DNA of 38,195 nucleotides from Octopus sinensis (Eukaryota), in assembly GCF_006345805.1 (NCBI RefSeq), contig NW_021835781.1:1-38195 (forward strand), in the 5' to 3' direction. Within the stretch, counting starts at the first letter, position 1. The number at the start of each line of letters is the position of its first letter. A model generated the notes under the pieces. It did no database searches and was not told the origin of the DNA. It saw only the letters and a list, made by a program, of their open reading frames with translations. The translations under genes were made by a program, and so were the position numbers. Shown piece after piece: positions 20,646 through 33,960 of the stretch.

Positions 20646-21412
20646 TTTATTATTATATATATATATATATATACATGTGTGTGCATATATGTGTATATGA
20701 GTGTATGTATATATATAATGCGTGTATGTATGTATGTATTTTGTCACATCTCTCTAGCAGAGGGAAACTCTGAGACAACACCTGTAACACTGACAATATT
20801 CGATGATGTAGACTAGTTCTTCCTTTCGAGGTTATGTTGTCCATGTTCAGTCAGTGGGATTGGATTTGTGCAAGTCCTTCCACACTTTGAAAAAAATCAT
20901 CATTCATGCACAGGCATCACTTGTAGAAAACATTAAGACTTACCATAAAAATGGCTGGTCGTAAATTTCGCATGTAGGGATCTTTCGATCAACCGATAGC
21001 AGTACTCGAGCGCGAGTTCGCAGCCATCATGTATGTACGTATGCAGGTACGTATATATGTACGTACGTACCTGTGTATGTATTTATGTATAGCTGTTTGA
21101 TGGGTTTAATAATGTTACTATAGTTATTAGTATTGTTATTGTGTCTCATAATGTCGATAAGTAGTAGGAAGAGGAGGAGCAGGAGGAGGAGGGAAGATAA
21201 TGGCGACGAGTTCGACACCGAGCGCCTGTTACTGCTGTTGTTGCTATTGTTTCCCACCGTTTCTTCATTCCCTTTCTTAACCTACTTATCAATCTTATAT
21301 TGATTGCATTCTGAATTCATTCATGTTAGTGATATACTAATTAAATTTGTTCAGTCGAACCCGATTGACAAGGTGTATATACATGCATACACAAACACAC
21401 TCACAAACACGC

Positions 21413-21461
<49 letters not shown>

Positions 21462-21807
21462 CATATATTCTTAAATGTATGTGCATGTGGTACGTCTTTG
21501 TGCGTGAGCTTCAGCCCGTGTATATGCGTGTGTAAAGTGTTTGTCTGATTCGGTCTGTTAATATGATAAGTCGATAGATATATTTATTCTTTTCGTGGAA
21601 AATAACCTGCATTGATTGACAAATTCTTGCAAAGATCAAAGATATCTTAGAACTAAAACTCCAAAAGTGCCTTTGATGGTGTTTGTTTCTTTACTTTACT
21701 TTTCCTTTCTTTACTAGTTTATCTTGCTTTCGACTTTATTGTACTTTTTTTCCGACATAGTACCTCTCTGTGTGACTTCAACAATTTTCGATGTAGGCGT
21801 CTTTCAT

Positions 21808-22078
21808 TATTATTATTGTTATTAGTATTGTTATTATTATTATTATTATTATTATATTATTATTATTATTATTATTATTATTGTTGTTGTTGTTGTTATT
21901 ATTATTATTATAAACATCAGCATCAGTATCATCATCGTCATCTTCTATCAACTCCTCCTCCTCCTACTCGTCATCATCATCATCAACTCCTCCCTCCCCC
22001 AGCTCATCGACATCTCCTTCCACCTCCTCCACCTCATCACCCTCATCCTCCTCATCGTCATTGTTATTATTATTATTG

Positions 22079-22127
<49 letters not shown>

Positions 22128-22190
22128 CATTATCAATATTATTATTATTATTATTTTCATTATTATTATTATCATCATCATCATCATCGT
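21808..22190. repeat. Compound (TTA)n/(TCA)n/(CCT)n microsatellite
   Basis: Directly visible. Confidence 0.95.
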
Positions 22191-22924
22191 TCGTCTGGCT
22201 GTTGTTTGTCGTTACTGTTTTGCTACCCATGGCCATGGTCATGGGTGCTGTGGGTAATTGTGGTGAGGGTGGTGTTCTTACTATATTCTTAACATAATTC
22301 TATTGGTTACTCTTTTTCTTTTCTTTTTTCGCCATGTGTATTGCTTTCTTTTGTTGCCTTTCGTTTCTCTTCCTCTAATACATTCATATTAGGACATTAC
22401 AATAAAAAGAAACATGAACAGTTACAACAAAATAAGCACGGAAATGTCGACGAAAAATGCCTGAATATAGAAGAGAAAAAAAAACGGAATACAAAAACCT
22501 AAATTAGACACTTTTAAACGAGCATCGCATGAATTTTTCATAAAGGAATCCCACTTGGTGTTCTAACGGATTATCGAACATATGTTACTTACTGTACATG
22601 ATAAGGCTTATACTAAGAATTCACGTTGTACGATGAAATCGAAATAGTAAGCAGACGATGATTAGAAAGACAAAAAAAATAGAGATAAATCAATGAGAAA
22701 CAAAAAGGCTAAGGTGTTTTAAACATGAAAAGGCATTAGTAATTGATGGCAAATATTTGGGACAAGAAAAGTGCAACACACCTCTATATAGGGTTATATA
22801 CTGGCCAATATATTGTCTGGCAAAAGACTAGCAGTCCGGAAGCTGGAGGTCAATGTCATCCGTCTATTTGTAAAACTTTTAATAATCATATAGACTAAAT
22901 GAGTAACGTATATACTTCGATTCG

Positions 22925-23058
22925 TAAAGTCTTTACGTTTCAAGTCCGCCGAGGTCGACATTGCCTTTCATCCTACAGGGGTCGATAAAATAAGTACCAG
23001 TTGAACACTGAGGACGATGTACACTGACGCCTTGTGTCCATAGTAGAAAGGATTATCA
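22925..23058 (+). mobile_element. Truncated SINE family A
   Basis: ccgccgaggtcgacattgcctttcatcc...aagtaccagttg...gccttgtgtccatagtagaaagg. Confidence 0.8.
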
Positions 23059-23069
23059 CCATAATCACC

Positions 23070-23200
23070 GTGACCGACCAAGCTATGAGATGTTGCTACA
23101 CATCGCTGGTAACAATGCGCTTCGCATTGTTTTAGCCTTCAAATGACGGCACCCCGCTGGTTAAGCGAGCAGGCCAACAGAAGAAAGAGTGAGAGAAAGT
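23070..23200. mobile_element. Fragment of a third interspersed repeat (probable SINE)
   Basis: GC-richer segment gtgaccgacc...cacatcgctggtaacaatgcgcttcgcattg...gcaggccaacagaagaaagagtgag, recalled as an octopus repeat. Single copy here. Confidence 0.45.
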
Positions 23201-23211
23201 CGCATCTAGCA

Positions 23212-23415
23212 TCTATTTTATCGGTCATTTTTGCCTAATCGCTAAGTTACGGGGATGTAAACACACCAACATCGGTTATCAAGCGATGGTGGAGGAACAA
23301 ACACACACTTACGCACACACAGTAAAGACACTTGCCCAAGGTATCACACAGTGGGACTGAACCTGGAACCATATGATTGGGAGGCAAGCTTTACCACACA
23401 GTCACGCCTGCCCCT
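23212..23415 (-). mobile_element. SINE family B with internal deletion
   Basis: Head (ggcaggcgtgactgtgtggtaaag...ggttcagtcccactg) joined to the post-microsatellite segment (ccccgtaacttagcg). Confidence 0.8.
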
Positions 23416-23450
23416 ATATACACACCACCCACATACACACACACACACAC

Positions 23451-23489
<39 letters not shown>

Positions 23490-23651
23490 TATATATTATA
23501 TTATATATTATATATATCATATATTATTTATATATATATATATAAATAAATACAGCCAATTTCTCAACCTCATTTTAAATTTGAATTTAAATTAATACGT
23601 TTCTTAACCGGCAAAAGCCACTGCAGTAAATTATTTTCTGCAGTATAACTT

Positions 23652-24046
<395 letters not shown>

Positions 24047-24534
24047 TTCTATACTTTTTGAGATAGGAGCTGTTAATAAGATTATAATTTATTGTATATT
24101 ATCAAAAAACAAAAGACATTTTATATTGTTTCATTCTTTATTTTCACTATTTTTTTCTTTTTCTCTCTCTTTCTTTCTCTCTCTCTCTCTCTCTCTCCCT
24201 CTCTCTTTCCCTCTGTTTATCTTTCTTGTAGATTTTTTAATTCACGTCATTGGTTTTGTGTTGTTTTGTTTCGTTTTTCTTGTAATTTTGAAATACAATC
24301 GTGCAAAACAGGCTTAAACTGATACATGCGTATAATATTCGTAATTCAAGTATCTACTGCGAATAGCTTTTTTATACATAATTCTGAATAGTCTATCTCG
24401 GTACGTGTCCTTGCAATAACACCTTCGGAATCAATAGTCGCATATATTATGCTATAATCTATCATCAAATGAATCCAAATTAATCTATTGTAAATTGCAG
24501 TAATAAAAAAAACACCTATTATCTCCATTATTCT

Positions 24535-24569
<35 letters not shown>

Positions 24570-24669
24570 TTGCTATTATGCAAAAGTTTTATAAGTCCAA
24601 AACGTTGCTTTTTCAGAAAACGAAAAAATAGTTTCACCATTCCATTTTCTTTATACATTAGCAACAGTC

Positions 24670-24752
24670 GATTTGATTCGACTAAAGGCGGTGCTCCAGC
24701 ATGGCCGCAGTCAAATGACTGAAACAAGTAAAAGAATAAAAGAATAAAGAGT
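24670..24752 (+). mobile_element. SINE family B 3' tail fragment
   Basis: cgactaaaggcggtgctccagcatggccgcagtcaaatgactgaaacaagtaaaagaataaaaga. Confidence 0.85.
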
Positions 24753-26464
24753 AGCAGATTTACAATAGTGCCCCACGTACTATTTTTTAAGTTCCCTCCG
24801 ATATATTCTTCAAAATTTAAATATCCACTCTTTCCTCTTTACAGTGAATACTGAATCTACTAAAAGCAATTTTAGAGTAAAAAAGATAATTCTATATATT
24901 TTCATTGCTTTCCGAGTTGAACTTAGATATAAAGATATAATTTTTACCTTCAAGAATATCTCTATATAAAGCTTACTTCCTGTGAGTTTCCGTTATCTTA
25001 TGTGGCTCCGTTTTATTTAAAGCTTCTGCATTAACCTCTTTCATGACTATCTTCGCTAACGTATTTCATTAGTTCCCATCTGTATCTTCTCTTATTCTAT
25101 TAAACCTGCACTAAATGATTGTTGTGTTTGCACTTAACTTTCTATTTGATCACCATTTTTTGAGAGCGGTTTTAAGTGATCCATAAATAGATGACTTACT
25201 TTATGCTGCCTGCTTTTCGTAATATATCCTACACGCTACCATTTTCAGCAGCAATGTAAAACACTTCACGAATATCACAGAAATCAAATGAGACAGGCTA
25301 TTACACTGAAAATTTTCTTGTATTGATCTGAATACTTCATACTTCTTCACCAGGAGAGGAAAATAATATCTTTTTTTATTTTTCTACATTTACTTATACT
25401 CACTGTATAATCAATTTTCTCTGCTCCTTATATATAAACATTCTATTTCCCCAAAAGTAAGAAGTCATGCTCTAGACCTATATTATAATCTCTGCATACC
25501 ATGGAGAGGTTTGTGTGTCGCTTCCCAAAATCCTTTGCTTTTCGCTTATCGTCTTTTCTGTTCCGTTACGAATAAACCATGGCCATAAACCAATATATGT
25601 GTATATACATGTATATTTGTGTGTATGTTTGTGTCTATACATATGTGTGTGTGTGTGCGTGTGTGTGTGTATGTGTGTTTGTTTGTTTGTTTGTACGTAT
25701 GTATCTGTGTATGCATGCATCAAGTAGAGTATAGAATTTAAGGGTTTTTATAAAACCTATTATCCGGCTAAGCCTCGTTGCTATATTATTAACGTTTTCT
25801 GTTACTACTTGTAGATCAGTTACGAAAACATATATACATACATACATACATACATATATATATATTATATATACATGCATATATACATACACGCATACAC
25901 AGATATATATATATATATATATATAGTATATATATATATATATATACGAATGAGAATTTGCGATGTTTTTCATCCGTATTCTCTTGTTTTCATTCTATTT
26001 CTTTTTAGTAGACTAATAGCCTATAAGGTTCAAACGCTTTTTTTCCTTATATTTTATCAGTGTTTTTCGTGGATGCTTGAACATTTTAGTCAGTTCTTCC
26101 GGCTAAAATTGCACCACTCGTCTCCCTGCTACAAAACTTCCAACAAAACGTAAAGTAGATAACTTTACTCATTTCCTTCAATACAAATTACATTGAATCT
26201 TCAGTGGAACCTGTTCACAACCAAAGCATTCTGAGAGCCAATTAACGGACTTTGGTAAACCTCATATTAATGAATAAAGGACCATATAGGAATGGTATAC
26301 AGTAATACTTCATAGATTATGTTATAATATTGCTATTTTCGCTTGCGATTTTTCGGTTGCTATTTTACGTTCGCTCTATCCAGTTCTTTGTTCTTCATTT
26401 TGCTGTTTATGTTTTGAACTTGGTTTGGCCTGATTAAGTAGATTTCTGACAAATAGTGTTTCAG

Positions 26465-26542
26465 CGATAAACACTCCGCATTTGTGGACAACTATGAATG
26501 TGCTTTCCAATACGGCCTTCCTGTTTCTTAAGACGTTCAGTC
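26465..26542 (+). CDS. Candidate symmetric exon (78 nt, phase 1-1)
   Basis: gtgtttcAG acceptor, GTC|GTGAGT donor. One open frame: INTPHLWTTMNVLSNTAFLFLKTFS. Confidence 0.2.
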
Positions 26543-26599
26543 GTGAGTAGAGTGAGATCAAGTTGCCATCTTGTAACAGCATGACAGACCAAAAGAGGA

Positions 26600-26790
26600 G
26601 TGGCTCCACCAGTCCTGTATTTGTTTCTGTTCGTTCTTTTTTGCAGTCTGCTTGATCCGGTTTGCTTGTTTTGTGCCAGTGGTTTCAGGTTCTTCCTCTA
26701 ATTCATGGCCAATGCTCAGCTCTTTTGCGAATTTGCAAGCATCCTTGACAATAGAATGTGATTTTTGCTGCTTTCGTCTTGGCACACAAG
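26600..26790 (-). mobile_element. R4/Dong-like LINE fragment (post-RT linker)
   Basis: SHSIVKDACKFAKELSI...GTKQANRIKQTAKKNEQKQIQDWW resembles the linker preceding W..KPLHGQY in R4/Dong ORFs. Confidence 0.55.
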
Positions 26791-26989
26791 TTGTTGTTGT
26801 TTGTTGTTGTTGTTACCATATCTAAATGGTAATTTTAACATGGATTGCTCTTTAACAAATAAACAAATCCTGTCACCATGCGTATCATCGTCATCATCCT
26901 TGTCACATCATTGTCATCATCATCATCATTATCATACCCTCATGCATTATGTTCAGCACCATCCTTTTCATTACTATGATACTCGTTAT

Positions 26990-27300
26990 TGAGTGAGAGA
27001 GCAGTGCATGCCATCAAAGTGACACTGGGGTAAAATATACGAATCCCACTATACCCCCTCGTGACTGCCAGTCTGAAAAGGGCACACCAGGCATATGCAT
27101 CACAACCCTATGTGCACGACATGATGATCCCATATCAAGATAAACAGCGCATGACCTATCAGGCGGAGGATGGTTGACAGTAGGAATTTTCATCAAGTCG
27201 AGTAGCCCATCCTTTTCAAAAGGTCCCTGAATAAACGACGTTTAAGGACGTTGAACAAAACACCAATGTTTCCAGAGGTGAGTTATTCAAATCCCAATAT
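26990..27300 (-). mobile_element. Diverged copy of family X 3' end
   Basis: Colinear with 18008-18300 (gagtgagagagcagtgcatgccatcaaagtgacactgggg...tttccagaggtga). Confidence 0.85.
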
Positions 27301-27365
27301 TATTGGAGGATACAAATTAAAAAATTACTATTTTTTAATCTCACAACGTGAGATATTCAGCAACA

Positions 27366-27596
27366 GTACTTTGTAGTAAATATTGTTTGCCAACAAAACA
27401 TGGCAGTCCTGGTTTAGGAATAATATTGTTTTGAGCTGAGTGGATGTGATAGATTCCCTTGATCGAAACTGTAAAGACACAGATCGTGTCGTATAACCAG
27501 TTGGAGACGATGTCTCCTGGGGCTAAATTACAACAACATTAGTGCTAAACCAGGACTGCCATGTTATGTTGGCAAACAATTTTTACTACACGATAC
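27366..27596. mobile_element. Foldback/MITE-like element with ~65-bp terminal inverted repeats
   Basis: 27366-27430 versus reverse complement of 27532-27596: 57/65 identical. Internal GGAGAC-gat-GTCTCC hairpin. Confidence 0.7.
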
Positions 27597-27789
27597 AAAT
27601 TAGTCGATACTTTTTCGAACGAAGGATTGTCGTTAGAACAGCAGAAATACTGGGTAATTTACTCTTACAAAGAGGGAAAATTTGTTTGTTTATTTTTCTA
27701 CACTTTGTCCCAATATTAGTATCATTATTACTCTCATCATCATCATTGCTATTATAAGCTGCTATCTTTGTTTCTTTCGTTGCTAATTT

Positions 27790-27823
27790 ACGTTTATGCC
27801 TGCTGTAAATATTATTATTATGA

Positions 27824-27870
<47 letters not shown>

Positions 27871-27970
27871 GTTATTATTATTATTATTATTATGATTTTT
27901 ATTATAATTTTTATTATTATTATTATTATTATTATCATTATTATTATTATTTTTATTATTATGAATTTTA

Positions 27971-28007
<37 letters not shown>

Positions 28008-28034
28008 GATTTTTTTATTAGATTTTTATTATGA

Positions 28035-28081
<47 letters not shown>

Positions 28082-28205
28082 TATTATTATTATTATTTAT
28101 TATTACTATTGAATGAGAAGCAGTGCATGCCATCAAAGTGACACTGGGGTAAAATTACGAAGCCCGTATACCCATCATGACTTATTATTATTATTATTAT
28201 TATGA

Positions 28206-28261
<56 letters not shown>

Positions 28262-28302
28262 GTTATTATTATTATTATGATTTTTATTATTTATTATTAT
28301 TA

Positions 28303-28343
<41 letters not shown>

Positions 28344-28441
28344 CATTATTATTATTATTATTTTTATTATTATGAATTTTATTTTTATTATTATTGTTAT
28401 TATTATTATTATTATGATTTTTATTATGATTTTTATTATGA

Positions 28442-28476
<35 letters not shown>

Positions 28477-28588
28477 TTATTATTACTATTGAATGAGAAA
28501 GCAGTGCATGCCATCAAAGTGACACTGGGGTAAAATTTACGAAGCCCAGTATACCCATCATGACTTATTATTATTATTATTATTATGA

Positions 28589-28638
<50 letters not shown>

Positions 28639-28644
28639 ATATTA

Positions 28645-28690
<46 letters not shown>

Positions 28691-28807
28691 GATTTTTATT
28701 ATGATTTTTATTATTATTATCATTATTATTATTATCATTATTATTATTATTATTTATTATTATGAATTTTATTTTTATTATTATTGTTATTATTATTATT
28801 ATTATGA

Positions 28808-28857
<50 letters not shown>

Positions 28858-28969
28858 TTATTATTACTATTGAATGAGAAAGCAGTGCATGCCATCAAAG
28901 TGACACTGGGGTAAAATTTACGAAGCCCAGTATACCCATCATGACTTATTATTATTATTATTATTATGA

Positions 28970-29025
<56 letters not shown>

Positions 29026-29035
29026 GTTATTATTA

Positions 29036-29092
<57 letters not shown>

Positions 29093-29146
29093 GATTTTTA
29101 TTATGATTTTTATTATTATTATCATTATCATTATGATTTATTATTA

Positions 29147-29182
<36 letters not shown>

Positions 29183-29200
29183 TATTATTATTATTATCAT
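27790..29200. repeat. ~380-bp tandem repeat of interrupted (TTA)n plus a ~73-bp family X stub
   Basis: Stubs at 28111-28181, 28491-28564 and 28872-28945 (periods 380 and 381). Confidence 0.92.
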
Positions 29201-30029
29201 TGCTGTAACTGCTGTTGTTGATGTTGTTATCCTCATCACCATCACGACTGCCACCACCTTTATTCTTGCCATAGTTGTTACTATCAGTTGTTATCCTTGT
29301 TTCCCTTCTCTCCAACACACACTCTCCCTAGTTTTCCACATTCCCACCTCTCTCTCTCTCTCTGTCTCCCAAAAAGACACACACTCTTTATTTCACACAC
29401 ACACATGCACAAATATATACACTCGCACAAACCCACACACACAGATGCACAAACATATGCACTCGCGCAAACAAACACACACACACACATACACACATTT
29501 CTCCTATAATATTTGTAAATTAGACCAACATAACAGAAACTTCAGATCTAATTAAGAAATTATAGGTTGTATTCGAAATGAAAAAAATCCTCACAAAATG
29601 AGAGGATTTTACGAAACTAAATTGAGAAAAGCAAAGCCTTACTTCTTTATTTTACTGTATTTTATATTATTGCATTTCATTTCAAAAATGTGTATTTTAA
29701 TTTTTGTTTTATTTTAACAAAGGTCCTTTGGCAATAGCTGAGAGCTTTAATTTATAAAGTTTACATGTCACTAATAAAATCCTTTCAGCAAAACTGAGAA
29801 ATCAGTTTGGCACGAACGCTACGTAATGATTTGTAACCTTTTTTCCCCACATATGTCAGCGTATGCTGTAATCTAGAAGGATCCCTCGTAAATCCCTCAC
29901 TGGTTGTTAAAGGTGACCTCTGTAATACTGCATCCACCGCCGTCACCATGACTACCACTAAATAGCGAACGAGGGAGTATCTATATAGTTTGCAAACATG
30001 CAAAAGCAATTCCAGTATGTGCCTTTGTC

Positions 30030-30685
30030 CCAGCTGTTGGTACATTTGGTGTACAAGGAAGTTTGATCCCACTGCCCTCGTCTGTACCTTATACCGGGCT
30101 TTTGGTTCATCTGGTATTGTGGAATGGAGGATGTCTAGTTTCTTTTTGAAGACATCTACTTTCACCTTATGCAGATTTCTTAATTTTTGTAGCAAGGCAT
30201 TGAAGAGATGTGGATCTTTGATCCCCAGACTATCACAGTACCTGGTACTGAATTTAGATGGAGTGGATAGTGCTTTTGGTACAATACAATGGCGGCCAGT
30301 TCTGGCGTTTGTATAACACTCAACGCCGAAATTAGAATTTTTCATGTGTAAATTATTGCTGATCTCTCACGCCTTCGCACCAGGGAGTAAAGTTGAAGTT
30401 TTCTCAACCTATCTCGGTAGCTCATCAGCTGCACTGTTTCAATCTTTTTAGTGTAGTGGCGTTGGACAGCTTCAAGCTCCGCTGACATAACTGGGAGAAT
30501 AGTAGTTCAGGGGGCTGAGAACAAGGGTTCTCCACAGGTTCAACATAGTTTCTTGATCTCTTGTCTTGAACGACCTCAGTATCCATCCTGTCAGTTGACT
30601 GCACTTTGCTGCCATTTTGGTAACGTGCATATAAATTGATGCATCATTTCACATACTGGTCCTCAAGTCCATACTAATCACGCTA
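30030..30685 (-). mobile_element. CR1-clade LINE relic, C-terminal RT region
   Basis: HVTKMAAKCSQLTGWILRSFKTRDQETMLNLWRTLVLSPLNYYSP / ELEAVQRHYTKKI...MSYRDRLRKLQLYSLVRRRERSAIIYT*KIL / NFG...RTGRHC...LGIKDPHLFNAL...LRNL...VFKKKLD....IPDEP...SN.LVHQ. This follows the CR1 pattern (LE.VQR, SY..RL..L.L.SL..RR.R, FK..LD). Confidence 0.9.
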
Positions 30686-30954
30686 CTAAGAGATACCACT
30701 AAACCACAACAATAGCAGGAACAACAACAATATTATTAACAACATGGCAGCACAAAATTACATTTCCTATTAACTCACTCTTGTACTGACATAGCAGAAC
30801 GTCTGTCACGAACGGTGCTGGAAGCCAATAACCACTTCCACGACAGGCAAAAGTCGATGATATCGCCACATTATAATTCTATCTAACATCACATATGTCA
30901 TTGTTACAGCGTCCATCATGGAAGAGCAAAAGCGACCACTGCAGCAAAGACGAC

Positions 30955-31420
30955 GGCGACGATGATGATGGCAGCGATGTTGAAAATCGTGATGGTGGTG
31001 GTGGTGGTGGTGGTGGTGGTGAGGGTGATGCTGATGATGGTGGTGGTAGTGTTGTTGTTGCAGCTGGTGGTGGTGGTGGTGGTGGATGATGATGGTGGGG
31101 TAGTGGTGGTGGTGGCTTTGGTGTTGTTGGTGGTGATGATGTTGGTGGTGGTAATGATGGTGATGGTGGTGATGGTGGTGATAGTGGTCGTGGTGATGGT
31201 GGTCGTGGTCGTGTTGGTGGTAGTGGTGGTGATGGTGGTGGTAATGGTGGTGGTGATGGAGGTGGTGACGGTGGTCGTGATGGTGGTGGTGGTGATGGTG
31301 ATGGCGGTGACGGTGGTCGTGATGGTGGTGGTGGTGCTGGTAATGATGGTGGTGCTGGTAATGATGGTGATGGTGGTCGTGGTGGTCGTCGTCGTCGTCG
31401 TGATGTCGTTCATCACGGTG
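30955..31420. repeat. Compound (GGT)n/(GAT)n low-complexity repeat
   Basis: Directly visible. Confidence 0.95.
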
Positions 31421-31839
31421 ATGCCAATTATTTATTTATTTTTTTTATGATGAGAGCATAAAAGCAAAAAATAAAAAAAAGCAGAAAGAAAAGAAAAGAA
31501 AACACAAAAAACAAAAAACAAAAAAAAATTGAAAGAGATATCCAAAAGCGTAATGACAGTGGTGGAATGTAGAAGAGGACTGATAGAGGAAGAAGAGGAG
31601 GAAGAATCATGCAATTTGGTAATCACGAAATGAATCTAAGATCTAATCAAGAGCAACAAGTAATTAAGGTTGACTTGTTTTTATCTTGTTTAAACAAATG
31701 TTTAAATCTTTTTTTTTGTGTGTGTATATTTTCTTTAGATGTTTTTTTATTATTATTATTATTATTATTTTAGGAGAGGGTATCATCATTATTAGTCATG
31801 TTATTAGCGAGATGACATTGATGGGGTAAAAGACTGGAT

Positions 31840-31872
31840 GATGAGTAGTAGTAGCAGCAGCAGTAGTAGTAT

Positions 31873-31907
<35 letters not shown>

Positions 31908-32089
31908 CTGTTGTTGTTTTGGCAGCAGATATAGTAGTATTAGTAGTTGAAGTAGTATTTGTAGTAGTAGTAGTAGTAGTAGTAGCAGCAGCAGTAGTAG
32001 TAGTAGTAGTAGTAGTAGCAGCAGTAGTTGAAGTAGTATTTGTAGTAGTAGTAGTAGTAGTAGTAGCAGCAGTAGTTGAAGTAGCATTT

Positions 32090-32120
<31 letters not shown>

Positions 32121-32315
32121 CAGCAGTAGTTGAAGTAGTATTTGTAGTAGTAGTAGTAGTAGTAGTAGTAGTTGAAGTAGTAGTTGTAGTAGTAGTAGTA
32201 GTAGTAGTTGTTGTAGTAGTAGTAGTTGAAGTAGTAGTTGAAGTAGTAGTAGTAGTAGTAGTAGTAGTAACTGTTGTTGTTGTTGTTGTTGTTGTTGTTT
32301 TGGCAGCAGCAGCAG
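31840..32315. repeat. (GTA)n-based minisatellite with recurring GTTGAAGTAGTATTTG units
   Basis: About six gttgaagtag markers separated by variable (GTA)n. Confidence 0.9.
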
Positions 32316-32517
32316 AGGAATATGTAGTGAATGTGATTTCAAAATATTTGGCGCAAGGGCAAAGATGTGATGGCTGCGGAGCGTTGTCGATAAATAAACC
32401 CCTGTTTGAAATTACTTGTTCAAAAACCCCTTAATTGAAAACGGTTAATTAACCCCCTTTTAATGTGCTGTGATGATTGAAATAGTGTTACCTGAGTGAA
32501 AAAATATTTTTTTAAAT

Positions 32518-32690
32518 AGGCGCAGGAGTGGCTGTGTGGTAAGTAGCTTGCTTACAAACCACATGATTCTGGGTTCAGTCCAACTGCGTGGCACCTTGGA
32601 CAAGTGTCTTCTACTATAGCCTCGGTCCGACCAAACCCTTATGAGTGGATTTTGTAGACGGAAACTGAAAGAAGTGCGTCGTATATATGT
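32518..32690 (+). mobile_element. SINE family B 5' half ending in (TA)n
   Basis: ggcgcaggagtggctgtgtggtaagtagc...ggttcagtccaactgcgtggcaccttggacaagtg...gaaactgaaagaag. Confidence 0.9.
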
Positions 32691-32725
32691 ATATGGGTAT
32701 ATATATAAACATATATATATATATA

Positions 32726-32765
<40 letters not shown>

Positions 32766-32844
32766 TATATATATTATATATATATATATATATAATACAT
32801 ATATATATATATATATAATATATATATATATAATATATATATAT

Positions 32845-32884
<40 letters not shown>

Positions 32885-32939
32885 CACACATATACGTATG
32901 CGTGTGTGTGCGGTGTAAATCCTTGAAAATATTTCGCAA

Positions 32940-33960
32940 AGTACATCAAAAGTTCTTCCTACACGACAAGCATGTTAATCGACATCGTTGGCCGCCATGG
33001 CACTCAAATGTTTTTAACTGTATTTCAAATGCTGAATTTCCTCCACAGCTCAACCAAAGGACTCGCGTTATCCCCTCTCGAATAAGCTTTTGCATTGTTT
33101 GTTCTTCCGACAATTTACTTTGAGCGTTGCAATTTCTGCGCGATGCATAAACTATAAAAAGGGATTTTGTATTAAGGAGTGAAACCACGATATTCTCATT
33201 TTTGCACAAGTCACTTATAATAGGATGAATGCTGGGAGCGTTATCCAAAAGCGACAAAGCTTTAAAAGAAACAATATTATTTTCGAAAAGTGACTTCATC
33301 ACTCACGCTTTATTTGATCGCCAAATTACCAACAATGCTTGCTTGCAGTAGCCTCTGAGTACTCTTAAAATTTGTGTAATTACCATTGGCCTAAGTTTCA
33401 AATTACCATCTGCATCTCCCATTTACATTGTAATTTTGTCCTTTTACACGTTTTGCCAGGAGTAGTATTTTTTCTTTAATAAGCCATTTTTTTATGTGCA
33501 TATGCCTCCAAAAGAAACCAATCTCATCAACATCGAAGATTTGCCGGTCACCATGGCCTTCTTCGATAAGCCTTTGAAATTTTATTCTAAACTTTTTTGT
33601 AGCTTCTTTATCAACGCAGGCGGAATTCGTCTTGAATTTTTACAGAATGTAATCTGGTCCGCTTTTTGAAAGTTTAAACCACCAAGAGCTACCTATCATT
33701 TTTTTCTGTTTGTTTATTGTCTTCTTTCAAAGTAAAGAACAGGCTGAAAGCTTTCGAGTTAATTGCATTGCCATCGAAAGTGAAGTCATCAATCCTTCTT
33801 CCTTCTAATCTTCAACATGTAAAAGCTTTGTGTACTGTCGCTTCATTCAATCCAAACGAACAAGTGTTTTCTGGCTTTCTAACACCGTTATCATAAATTT
33901 TAATTATTTCGAGTTTCTTTGCTGAAGCAAAAGCCTTTTTAATTCAGTCATCCTCGCCTT
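32940..33960 (-). mobile_element. Tigger/pogo (TIGD1-like) DNA transposase relic
   Basis: Frameshifted translation in the expected domain order: KKLEIIKIYDNG...FGLNEATV (HTH_psq-like), GNAINSKAFSLF...SSWWF (CENP-B HTH), SACVDKEA, QIFDVDEIGFFWRHM (first D of DDE), DADGNLKLRPMV, VIWRSNKA*V, KALSLLDNAPSIHP (second D). Confidence 0.9.

Noticed and set aside
24780-25330. Possible old transposase or LINE relic on the minus strand
   Set aside because: Stops in all frames and no diagnostic motif could be fixed by eye.
27790-29200. CRISPR-like repeat/spacer layout
   Set aside because: The spacers are ~308-bp microsatellites and the repeats are retroelement stubs.
28287-29318. Longest ORF in the track (343 aa, minus strand)
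   Set aside because: Translation of (TAA)n repeats plus non-coding stubs (poly-N/I); no coding signature.
29785-30030. C-terminal extension of the 186-aa ORF as a host protein
   Set aside because: The CR1-like similarity ends near 30040; the rest is read-through into flanking DNA.
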